Origin: Raillietiella orientalis
Taxonomy: Eukaryota
Reading direction: 5' to 3'
Assembly (NCBI GenBank): GCA_036172245.1
Contig: JAYWIR010000005.1
Span: 1,426,001-1,490,000 of the forward strand
Length of the DNA stretch: 64,000 nucleotides
Positions 36,564-48,500 of the stretch are shown here, piece after piece (the first letter of the stretch is position 1; each line of letters begins with the position of its first letter). The notes under the pieces were generated by a model, which did no database searches, had not been told where the DNA came from, and worked only from the letters and a program-made list of their open reading frames with translations. The position numbers were made by a program, and so were the translations under genes.

Positions 36564-39500
36564 GTGAGAGAAGCACGCCCGTCATCCGGGGCGATGACGC
36601 CCTTCCTCGCTTCTTCCGCGGCGGGCCCTGCGACGAGCGCGTCCACTTCCAGGAAACGGGTACATCGAGGGGGCGGAGCTGGACAGTTTCCTGCGGGAGT
36701 TCGTCTCCAGCGTCAACGTCAACGACGACGCCGGGCCGGAGGTGACCCAGCCCTGGGGGAGGGGGCGCGCCCTCGCTGTCCGGCGACTCTCCATTCCAGG
36801 TCGTGCCCGAGAGCATGCTGAGGGAACTGAAGGCGTGCTTCATGGAGGCCTACGACAACAACCAGGACGGCAAGATCGACATCCGGGAGGTGAGTCCTGG
36901 GAGCGTCGCCCGGCAACGGGCCGGCCGCCGCCAACTCGCTCCGCTTCCAGCTGGCGCAGCTCCTGCCCATGGAGGAGAACTTCATCCTGCTCTTCCGCTT
37001 CGACAATCCCCTGGACAGCAGCGTGGAGTTCATGAAGGTAACCCCTCGCGCCCCAGCCGAGGGGAAAGGCGCCCCTCGGCTCCCCTCCTCAGCGCGCGCA
37101 TCCTCCGTAAGGGGGGGAGGGAAGGGGTCAGTGACCAGTTGCTGGCTCTCCCACTCCGGCGTTGCAGATCTGGAGAGAGTATGACCGCGACAACAGCGGG
37201 TTCATAGAAGCCGACGAGCTGAAGGTTGCCACGGGTAGGGAAGTTGGGGCTGACCTCGCCCGTCGCGTGCGTTCCAGAACTTCCTTAGGGACTTGCTGCG
37301 GGAGGCCAAGAAGCACAACGAGGTCACGGAGGACAAGTTGATCGAGTACACGGACACGATGGTGAGTGTTGTCCGAGGTCACGCGCGCGCTGAAGCGCAC
37401 GGTCGGCGAGCGGAGTCGGCCCCTTCCAGGACGGAGACCCCTGCAGCCCCGTAGGGCGCATCCCCGGGAGGTACAATAGCTCCTCGGAAGCGCGCCAGCA
37501 GCGGCGGCCGTCGGGCTCGCTGCAGGTCACCTCCCGGAAGAAGGGCGCCGCCCTTCAGGCTTCGAGGGCTTCACTCTCCCTCCGTGCGCCCATGAGCACC
37601 CACGAACCGGCGACCGGTTCATTTCCAAGCTGGTCTAGTCAGCTTCCGCGACGCGCTTCTCCCGCCGCTTAAGGGGCGTCCTCTGCCCCAGCTTTCACGG
37701 CGCGCAGGACCAGGCTCCGGCATGTGGCCTCTCGTTAAATCCCGCAGCATTCTGGGGCGCCAGCGGAGGAGTAGTTAGCGCGCGTTCCCTTGCCCCTGGT
37801 TGACGATGACCTCCCATGGTCGCCGGACTCAGCGTGCGAGGGCGTCTACGTGGAACGCGGCTTGCGTTTGGCGCTGAGCGGGGTGTGTGAGGGAGAGGAG
37901 CGAGGTCCGCCCGGCCTCCTGGAGGCACTGGCGGCTCCCGCATGACGGATATGCCTGCTTCCAGCTTCGGATTTTCGACACCAACCAGGACGGCAAGCTG
38001 CAGCTGAGCGAGATGGCCAAGTGAGTGGCAGCCGCTCCGCCCGCGCGCGCGCGCCCGTCGTCGCCGTCTCGGGGTGCGGCGGGCGCAACCGCTCCCCCCT
38101 CCTTGATCTGGCGCCGTTTTTTCCATGTTCCCTTCTCGGATGCCGTGTCGGTGCCCTCACGTGCTCCCGCGTCCCATCCAGGCTGCTTCCGGTTAAGGAG
38201 AACTTCCTCTGCAGGCAGATATTCAAGGTACGTCTCACTCTATCCCCTCCTCTTCCCGCGCGCGCGCGCGTTCTGTGGCACGGGCCGCCGTTCTTCCGTC
38301 CCTCCGGGTCGACGGAACGCGGCCACCGCCCGGAAGCTATCCGTCCCTCCGAGCCAACTGGCGCGGCGCGTCCCGCTGGCCGAGCCAGGAACGGCCCGCT
38401 ACAGAATGGGCGATGGGCGTTCCTGGGGGTCATGTGGAGCGCGACCGCCCTCTTCCTGCGACCAGATCTTCCTCCGACACGATTGTGATCCAAAATGACT
38501 TCTCGAAATTTTCCAGGGTGGCTCCAAGGTGACCAAGGACGACATAGAAAGAGTCTTCTCCTTGTACGACAGGGTGAGTGTGCCGAGATGCATGATCTGG
38601 AGAGGAAGGGAGAGACCGGAACGGGGAGGCTGAGATGGACCGACACGACGATGGGCAGGACCCCACGAGACTCCCACGTTTATCGGTCCTTCGACTTAGG
38701 CTTGTGCACTAGCGCGTCTCTTACCGATTGGGAAAATCGCCGAGCGCTTCCCTCGTGCCAGGGAGCGCGCCATCGCGATTTCATGCGCCACAGATACATC
38801 CTGTCCTCATCCTCCGCCGTTTCCTCAACAACGCGTCCAACATCAGGGAATTCGGACTCAGTCGCGGTTCCGTGATCCAGCGATGCGACGTGAAAATAGA
38901 CTTTTCCCTCGCTTCAAACGAGCTGCGTGGAGGGATGACCCCAGACTAACCTTGGCTGCCACCTGAGGCTACGCCCTTTTCGCGTTCCAAAACAAGCGCG
39001 TCCTTTCCGGGAAAAGCGTACATCGAGGGGGTGGAGCCGATCCCGCAGTACCCCTCAAAGGTAGGCAGCAGGCTCGGGCGTTTCCACCGCCGTCTCTGAT
39101 CTCTTCTTTCCGGAAACGCCATCCTTTCCCCGATGGAAGCTCCCGGATACGTAGCCCGGTCCCTGAAAGGGCGCTCCTTGACCCCCCCACTCTCCGAAGA
39201 AGAGCTTCGGGCGCAGCAAGTTCGGGGCACCTCGAAATTTTTGCTCGACACGCCGAGCGGTGGAACCTCAACGCCGCCACCGGCGCATCAGCTTCGCCTC
39301 TTCGCCGCCCCAAAACTCCGGCGGAAGCTGCCGTAGCAGGTGGCTTACCTGCCATCGGACGGACACTCGCCCTTCCCGGTCGGCTGCTGTTGCCCTCTCC
39401 CCCCCCCCCAGCTCTGCAGCCGTGCGGGAGGTTTCTTCCGTACGAGCGCTGTCCTGCTTTAGCGCGTTCCACTCCGCCGCCGCTGCCTGCTGCTGACGTC

Positions 39501-42500
39501 ACTCCGGGAGGCGACTCACCCTCCTCAAGCGCACTCTGCTCTGCCCCGGCGTCGCCCGCTGGCGCATCCCCGGTCTTCCGCGAGGCGCCGCACTTCAGTG
39601 GCGGGCGTATTCCAGCTCGACAGGGATTTCGAGAGAATCCTCGAAGATGGATCTCATGTCCGGGAGTAATTTCGTTCCGCGGGGGATCGCTGGATTACCG
39701 CCTAATGGAATTTCCGCGGCCTTAGACGTGTCCTCGGGAACGCTTCGTGCCTCTTCCACCCCGAGCTTTCCTATCCTACCCCTTCTCTTGCGTGCGCCAG
39801 GGCGGTTGGGAAGCCTCCCTGTTTCGACGATCACCTCCATCCCTCCGCGCATCCGGAGGAGGCGCCGCCACCACCTCCGAGGTCTCTGCCCCGGACCGGG
39901 ACGTCGCGCGTCCTCTTGCAACGGACTGGGGAAGGCCTACTCGGACGTCCTCTGCGGAGCCCTCGGGCTAACGCATGTGCCACGGATGCGAGCGAGCCCG
40001 CCGCTCCGTGTACTTGGGAAGACGCGCGGCCAGCCGGCTGGCGCGGTTTCTCTTCGGTGGTGAAAATGGAACCGTCCACCCACTCGGGGGGGGGGGGGGG
40101 AGGGACCCTGAAGCGCGTATCTCCAGATCGAGAGGTTGCCTCTCCAGAGTGTCAGAAGAGCGCTGCTCCCTTCGGGGTTCTCTTCGCGGAAGGGAACCAG
40201 AAGAGCATCCTTTCAGGGGGATCCCTCCGGACAAGAAACGAGGATTGGCTCCCACGAACCGGAGGGTCCCTCCGGAAAGAATAAGGAAGAGTTGGTTCAC
40301 TTTGGGGTTCCTTCCCAAAAGTAACGAAAAACAGACTCCTTTCTTCCTACAGAGCCTTCCTGAATTCAAAGGGCGGTCCCTCCGGGGTTGTCCTGACCTG
40401 AAGAGTGACACGCACTCTCGGGTGGCTTCGGCAGTATTTTAAGGGCAAGGGTTCCCAATGAGGCGAACGTCAGCCACCCGCCCTCTTTGGCGGCCACGTG
40501 GCTACGCGCGGCACCTGACATCGTGGGTTCGGATCCCCCCCCAGGGAGGGACGGGTCGACGCCGAGAACGAGGGGGTGCTTCGAGGGTTTCTAGTGTCCC
40601 CCGGCAAGATGACACGGGATGGGATGCGGCACTGGTGGAATCCCAGGAACCTCCCGAATGCCCTCCATTGACTCGCCGGGACTGGAAGTTGACCCTCCGA
40701 GGTCCTCCCAGGAATCCTTCCTTCTCCAGTTCTGGAAAAGGAGCCGTTACCATGGAGCTGGCTGGTGTCTTTCTGGAGGGGCTGCCCCTCCTGAGTGTGA
40801 GAAGCGCGCTGCTCCCTTCGGGGAGTGCACTCCAGAGAAGCCGGGAAGACTTCCCTTCTGGGTTCTCTTCTGAGGAGGAAACGAGGGGCGGTTCCCCTGC
40901 AGTTGTCCTCCGGAGTAGAAATTCCAGGAACGGATCCTTTCCGGGTTCTCTCCGGAGAAGAAATGAGGAGCGGCCCCCACGAACTGGGGGATTCTTATGG
41001 AGAGAGCAGGGAAAGGCGGTTTCCTTCGGGGTCCCCCTCCTAGTCGTGAGAGGAATACACTCCTCCCTCAGGAGGCTTCCTGGATCCATGAGGTGGTCCC
41101 TCTTGGGCAACCTCCTAGCCTTGAAGAGTTCCTCGCACCCCCGGGTGGCGTTGGAGGTGTCAAAGAGCTTCGTGATCTTCCCGTAAGGAGGCGAGCGATT
41201 CTTCAGCACCCCTTGGGGACCCCCCACAAAAAAGAAAGGAATCCCCTCCTCCTCAAAAAAAACTGAAAGAGAAGGATGGAGAGCGGAAGAGCCCCAAAGG
41301 GACATCGTGGTCAACCGTGGCCATCTCCCCGTGAGGTAGCCACTGGCCTTTTCCTGTGGGCGGACAGCTGGGCAAATGGAAAAGCGGAGTCGCCTCTGGC
41401 CCGCACCGTGCTTCACTCATTGGAGACCCTCCTTGCGCTTTCGCGTGGGGTCCACGAGGCCTCGCCAAGTCGGCTCGCTCGACGCGAGCGTCCTCCACCC
41501 TCGAACGAGCGGCCAGGTAGGCCAGGGAGCCGAGTTCGTCCCTCTGCCACCGGTCTCCACGGGGAAGGGTGGGGTGCATGGGCGTCGTTGTCTCGCTTGC
41601 GAGTCACCACCCAGGGGAGCTCGGGCAGTAGAGACCGGGGACTCCCACGAGTCAAGGGGAATCCGCGCCCGCGCGCGATAGAGAGGCGGAGAAGACGCCC
41701 TGTGCTCGCGGGGCCTCGGCGGGCACCGGAGAGACGGGGACCGGCTCTAGGGAGACGGGAAGAAGGACGCCGAGGACACTTCCTTGAGGAAGAACGGTGG
41801 TGCCCTGCTGTGCTCGCTCGGGCCAGCGGAGGGCGACTGGGGTCCTGGGACGCGTGAGGAAACTCTTCCGCTCCTCCCACGCACGGTCGTCCGCTCCGGG
41901 TATCGGAACCTTCACGATTGTTACTTCGCGTGAGAGCGGAGGCTACTTTCCCTTTCACTTCCCGCCCAAGCAGGTGAATTCGTAGCTCTCCCTGGAGCGC
42001 CCACTGGAGAGAGGCTCCCAGCAGTGTTACAGGAGCCTCTGCCGATAAGGGCGCGCGCGGCAGCAGAGCGGGATAATTGAGGACTCCCGTATCCGTGGGA
42101 ACGCGGCGGGCTGCGTGACAAGAGCGGGGCATGAGAGGTGAGCGGGATTGAAGCGGACGGGCGGCGTCCCGGGCAGTCAGACGATTGCGAGATGACGGCG
42201 CGATCGGCTGCCGCCCAACGCGCTGTCGAGAGCTGCGGTATCCCTGGGCAAGGGCCGGGCTGGAACTGTCCCCTTCCCCTCCCACCTTCCCCAGGTGACC
42301 GGTTCGTTTTCGACCGGCCGGCTTGGGTCGCGCAAGAACGCGGCGCTCCTCCAGATGTCTTCAAGGCGGCGGCGCGCGTTCCCCTGAAAAAGCCGGGTGG
42401 GATCTGCGGGACTGTCCGCATGCGATCTTGGCTCAGGGTTCCCTCCTCCCCCACCCCGTCCGGCAACTGTCAGCCCGAATTATCCCGTCTCCCCCCCCCC

Positions 42501-45500
42501 CTTTTTTTTCCCTCCGAACAGCGCCTGCGTGGCCTCGTGGCGGCCCCTTCCACGGAGCTGACTGCTCGGGTAACCGGCTGCATCCTGGAGACGGCTTGCT
42601 CTTCCGAAAGGTCCGTGCCGGGCGTAGCGCGTGGAGCGGAGGATCGCTTGCGCACGAGGCCGAGATCGCTACCTGCCCCGCCTCACCCTGGCGTGGGAGG
42701 AGGAACACCTGCACGTGCCATCTGCCAGGAGTGGGAGAAAGGCTCGTGCGCAGCCCGCTCTTCCTGTCCACGTGACGTCACCACGCGAAATGTTGCTCCG
42801 GCGGCCAGGAATTATCGATTCGGTGAAAGCGACGGACCCGGCGGATGCACCGGAAGAAGCAATGTCTTCCGGAATACATCCTTCTGCACACTCAGGAACG
42901 ATTGATGGATTACGGATGGTTGGCGAGGGGTCGGTGGGGTGGGGAGGCTGCGCTGGTCGCTCGGAGTCCGCGCCCCGTCCTAAGGACACATCTGCACGAC
43001 GCCGTTTCACCCCTGGTGGCTCGATTTACGTGCGCCTGGTTGTCGTCCACGGTCGCATTTACCAAGGTGATGCGAGCGCCAGCTCAGATCCAAATCTCAC
43101 CCTCGCCGTCTTCCACCTCCGCCCACAGTCTGCGAGGCATTAGCAGCCCATTCCCCACGGGACAGGCTACCGCTGCTCTTTGCCATTGCGGAGGAATCCA
43201 GAAATTTCCAGGGGTCATGCTGAAAGCGCTGTAGAGAGTCGACTGGAGCTGTGAAACTGCCAGCCTTCTGCAGCATCCTCGGGATCGATTGCTCTCTCTG
43301 GAGTGCAGTGGTTTCCCCGCGGTCTCTGCTCTCGGACGCCGGGAGCTTGGACCTGTGGTCTTGCCTGAGATGCGAACCGTGGCCGGCCGCGGGCAGAAAC
43401 CCGGAGTGGATGGAGGAGAAGGTCGCGAAGTCGATTTGAAGGAGCGTCCGTAACAATACGAGAGGACTTTGCGTCCGCCGCTGCCCTCGGCGAAGAAAGG
43501 AGAACGGGCGCACGGTGCTTGCCTGAAGCGCCAAGGTGCCCTTCGGTGGACGACCCGGGGCGGTCAGAAGTCCTTACTCTGGGGCTCCAGCCTGCTTCTT
43601 CGCCTTTCTCGTCCAGGACGGGTTTGCCGCCCTGATCCCGCATCCCGGAGGACGGTGGTTCGATCCAGGCGACGCGTCCCGTGCTCCACAAGGTTTCATT
43701 CGGCTCCAACTGAAGCGACAGCCGGGAGCCTTGTGGACGGGAGGGCCTCTCCGGCAGACGGATTTCGCGCGAGGACCCCTGAGGACTTCCCTCCTCGCTC
43801 CTTCCGGGAGACCTGGTCAGACCAACCCGCCCTCGCCGGAGATGGACGATAGCGCCTCCGCTCCTTCCCCGGTCTTGTCGCGGAAGGAACGCGACCCGCT
43901 AGAGTTCGGCCCGGAAAAGCCCAGCGTTGGCGGCGCAGTCCTCGGAACGTCTTCATCGTTGCCCGCTGACGTGCTGCTGACAGCCGTCGCCGCAGCAGCA
44001 CGCACTGCATGATGAGCCCGCTCCGTAGAAACGCCCTTTGCTCTTTGACTCAGCTCAGCTTTTGTCCGCGTCTCCTCCGCACGTGAGAAGCGGCGGTGCG
44101 AGCGCTCGTCCCGCTATCACGGGATGCACTGCTTGGCGATCCGCCGCCTTCGCCCTGGACGAGCGGCAGGCACGAATCCGTCCTTCTGTCGGGGAACTTG
44201 CGATCCGGAGGATGCGGCAGCCGGACAGATACGGGTGCACAAGGGCGGATGCAGGTGTTCCAGCAGCACGTCTTCCCGGAAGTGAGGCTTCACGATGCCA
44301 GTTTAAGAAGAATGCTGTGGCGCACGGCGGGAACGTCTGTTCGGAAAAGATCGATGAGCTTCAACCGGGGCCCAGTGCCAAATCATCTGCTCGCTTGCTG
44401 GATGTTCCCGGATTCTGCTCCACACGCAACGCTCGCAACGCGGCTGGAGCATGATGCTCCAGGAAGAGGCCTATGTCATTGGCCTTGCTACTTGCCACAG
44501 AGCAACCATCGCAGCTGTGAAGTAGAAGTTGTACCTACGAACGGATGAAGTTTGGCACGCCTCAACCCCCCCCCCCCGTGCGTCTTCCAAACGACGGAGT
44601 CTCGTTGAAGGCTCTGCATACGACCGCTAGCAGGAGCGGCGCCACCCTGCTAAGAGCTTAGGCGCCGCTGCGACATCCTGGAGGGCTTCCGGCGATGACA
44701 AGGGAACGCCTCCGTGGTCGGATCAGAGTTCTGCAGGCCGGACGCTCCAAGTGGGGTGGGAACCTCCTTTTTTGATCCCGGAAGTGGAAAGGAAAGCCAG
44801 CTCTTGAGAATTCGCGTGTGGCTCAGCGGTGGGAAGGGCAAGGGGAGAAGGTCCTGCCGCCGGAGGAGTCGACAGGATTGTCGAGGCAGGCTGCGGATGC
44901 TCCATTCCATCGGGAATTCGGGAGCTTAGCGACAGTGCTCCCGTCGGACTTCCGGCGCGGGAAGCGGAGGCGTCCAGGAAAAAAACGCTCCCTTGGAACG
45001 GCGAGCGCGAGCCGGGGAAAGCGGCCAAAGTTACCGGAGGCGGACAAGCCGGTTCTCTGGCCGCCGGCGCGGGCACACCCCTGGCGCACGACCACACACC
45101 CCCGTAGGCGTCCAGGAGCCGCAGGCCAATCAACTGAGGGCCTTCCACAGCGGCCCTGAAGAACAAAAGGTCGTCCGAGCCATGTGGAGGGAAAGTGGCT
45201 CCTCGGCGGGACCATTCGATCCTGTGCGTGCGTCGACCTTCCTCGGATGCCGTCCCGCGAAGGTTTTCCCTTCGGGAGACGAGAGGGTGAGGGCGCCCTG
45301 GCGACACCGATACCAGAGGAGAGGCGGGATTTCCTCTCAAGAGGATTCCGCTGACCATCCCACAGCCTTTCGGGTAAAGAGCGGTCCCAAGACGGTCAAC
45401 CTGTCTGGAGGCTTTCCCCGCGCTGCAGGGCTTCCGCGCTTGCGTCGCGCCCCGGAAGCACTCGGAAAAGCAAGCGGGTGGGAGGTGCAAAGGGTGGAGG

Positions 45501-48500
45501 GGGAAGGGTGACTGCCGCGCCGCTGAATCGAAGAGCCCCTCCTCTTCCTCTTTCTCCCGACTTTCTTGAGACCTATGAACCCCCGACATCTCCGACGCCC
45601 ATTCGTCTCTTGCTTCCCTTGGGAGCGTGCCACCGGCTTCCGACCGATCGATCTCCAACCTCTAGGAGAGAAGAGCCTGAAAAAGTGGCAACGGAGTCCT
45701 TGTCCCAGTCCTCTCGAGAGACGCGTGCTTCCGGGATCCCTCTCCTCTCCCCTCTCCTACGAAAGCTCCTGCAGAGAAAGTGTCAGTAAGTGGTCAGTAA
45801 ACCTCCGGGCTTGTCCTGAAAGCAGCCTGCCGATCTTTCCGCCGGGGACAAGGAGGAGGAAACACTCGGGCGAGGTCGCGAGAGAAGGCGATCGACCGAT
45901 CAGGAACGCTTTCTCCGGCAAAGCGTCTCGGGAGTCTGGGAAGAGAAAAGCGGGTATGGACGGAACCTGTTTTCTCTCCTCGTTATTCCCTCGCATCCTG
46001 GTCCTCAAGGAGAACTCTGAGGATGAGGCAAAGGGACTAGCTGATCGTCATAGGGCATTCGTCGCCTGGATTTCCGAGCAGCGGCGGCCAAACGCCAGGA
46101 GCACAGAGGGGATCTCTCGAGAAGGGGGAAAAGGGAATTGGAAAAAGAGAAAGAGTAAAAGAGGGGGAGGAAAAATGAGTTATAAGAGGAGGAGGATGGA
46201 GAAAAGGAAGAGGAAAAAGATGACAAGGAAGGATGAAGGAAGAAAGGAAGAAAAGGAGGAGGGAGACAGGAAGAGGAGGAAGGGAAAAAGAAGACAAAGA
46301 AGGATGGAGGAAGGAGAAAGAATGGAGGAAAGGAAGAGGAAGGGGAAGGGGAGGAAGAGAGTCTGTCCAGAAGTCCGCAGAATCTGTACTGAACCCGGAG
46401 CAGGGGGGAGGTGGTGGAGCATCAGGTCCTCGCACCCTTGCTTTCGGCGAGCCACAGAGTGCGTGAATATGTGTGAGGACCTTTGCCTCTGGCCCTCCGG
46501 CTTGCCGGAAGCAAGGGTGCGGGGTGCGCAGGGAGCCACAGGGATGCTAGCCACCTTGAGCGGCGGGACGGGCGGGCATCTGCGGTGCAGAGTCCCCGAA
46601 GATGGCTCAGCAAATGGGCTCACAGAAGGTCCTGATTTAAGAGGAAGAGCAGCGGGATGCCTGCCCTGGAGATCTGCCGGTCCCCGAGAGAACAATCGGG
46701 GCTCCTTGCTCTTCATCGGCGAGCAGAAAGACTCGGGCTGCACAGTCCATTCCTCTGCATCCTTCTTTTCCATTCATCCCATCCGAATGTCTTCCTCCCT
46801 TGCGTGAGCTCTCCCGTTCCAGTTCTTCCTCCCATGCCTCTCCACATTTCTTCCCGGATCAGAGACCCTCCTTCACTTGCAAAGAACGGCTCGTCCCTCC
46901 GTTCCCTGCTACTTGGACTTTCGCCTGCATGTCCACGCCAGCTACAGGCGGTGGTGCTTCTCCTCTGGCACCGCTGAAGACTGCACGCGCCCCGCCTCTC
47001 TCGGACCGGACCCACTCTCTTCGCGTGAGGTCTCTTCGTGACCGAAGGCTTCCTTCCCCAAAGGAGTCACGCGACCCGCCGAGCGGGCATCCTCACCGAA
47101 GCAACCCCAGCCGTCCGCTCGCCTTTTCCCACACGGCCGTTGGGCCGTTCCGCAGTTTTCGGCTTCTGGAACGTCCTCTGCGCTCTATCCTGCGCATCCG
47201 GACGCCTCACTTCATCCTGTGGGTGGGTACGTCCGTGCGATCTCCGATCAGGTCAGTCCTCCGCCTGGTCCTCCGCCGATCAGGTCAGTCCTAGCCCTGC
47301 TGGATCCGGCTTCCGCCTTCCTCCGGGCTGCTGCTCTTCGAAGACCCCATTCGGCAGCCTCCTTCCTCGCGCATCGCCCTCGTCTAGCGAGCGAAAGCGC
47401 AACTTCGGTCGCACGGACCCAGGAAATCGGGCAGCCAATAGAAATCGAGGAGTCCACCGGACACATCCTTCTCGACCGAAGGGATGTGTCCAGGTCACTC
47501 TCTTAATGGTTCACTTGCAGGTCCCCTATCCCCTAAATATATGTGTGTGTGTGTGCGCGCATAGTATTGGTTGTGTACCAACCCGAATAGATGACAGCAC
47601 CAGCATTCAGCTTCGTGACAAGGAAAAGAACGAAGTAGTAGTAGTCTTAGTAGTCATACTTTGGCGCGCTTGCGTTTGCAGTTTCCAGGGAGATTTCCTC
47701 TTTCTTTCCTCCCTTTTTTCCCTTTCCTTCCTTCATCCTTTCTCCTCCTCCTCCATCCTTCCTCCTTTTCTCTTCCATCTCCTCTTCCTCTCTTTCTCCA
47801 TTCTTCCCACTTCTGTGGGAAGAATGGAGAAAGTCCATTGTTACTGTTGCCCCGACACCCAGACGTGCCACGTGGTTTCCTGCGCCGCTCTCTCTGCTTT
47901 CGGACCGCTTCCCTCCATCGCCTACCATTCCCTATTATTAATTCAAGGGCTCGTTTCTCCAAGCACCCGGCAGGAGGAAACTCATGCATTTGTGATCAGT
48001 GATTCGGACCGTTCCTGCCTCCAGGATGGTGGCACGCGTTCGAGGTGACAGTTGATTGATGCTCGGATTCGTTCCCGCCCAGCAACCCTGACGCCCCCTC
48101 GGGGCGTCGGCTTTCTCGCCGCCCGCCGCGGCTCTTTCCGCGCGTCGTCGAAGAGCACGTGTGCGATGCAGTCCTCTCTCGAGACGCCATGCGCTCTCGC
48201 GAAAGGACGGGCAGCACAGTCGGAGATTTGCCAGACCTCTCGGCCGACCTTTCATCTCCCTTCTCCAGAGTGAGACGACGGGAATTTTTTTCACCTATGG
48301 GGACACGGGGTGTCTTCTCTGCTTGCTCCGGCAGATACCTCTGCCTTGTGGTCTTCGCCGGACCAGCTACGGGTTGCCGAGCCGCATTCTTGTATGCATT
48401 CCTAGGTCGTTTAATCGCATGTTCCGGGGGAGAACGGAAATCCGCTCAAGGAACCCTTGAGCCTAATTCCAGCTCGCCGGGGACGAAGAACTCTGACAAA

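Noticed and set aside
44230..44460. Possible MULE transposase fragment (FPEVRLH...LWR)
   Set aside because: The diagnostic CxxH is absent and no TIRs were seen.
45566..48048. 413-aa and 336-aa ORFs inside calbindin intron 9
   Set aside because: Held open by GA/CT low-complexity tracts and high GC; no recognisable domain.
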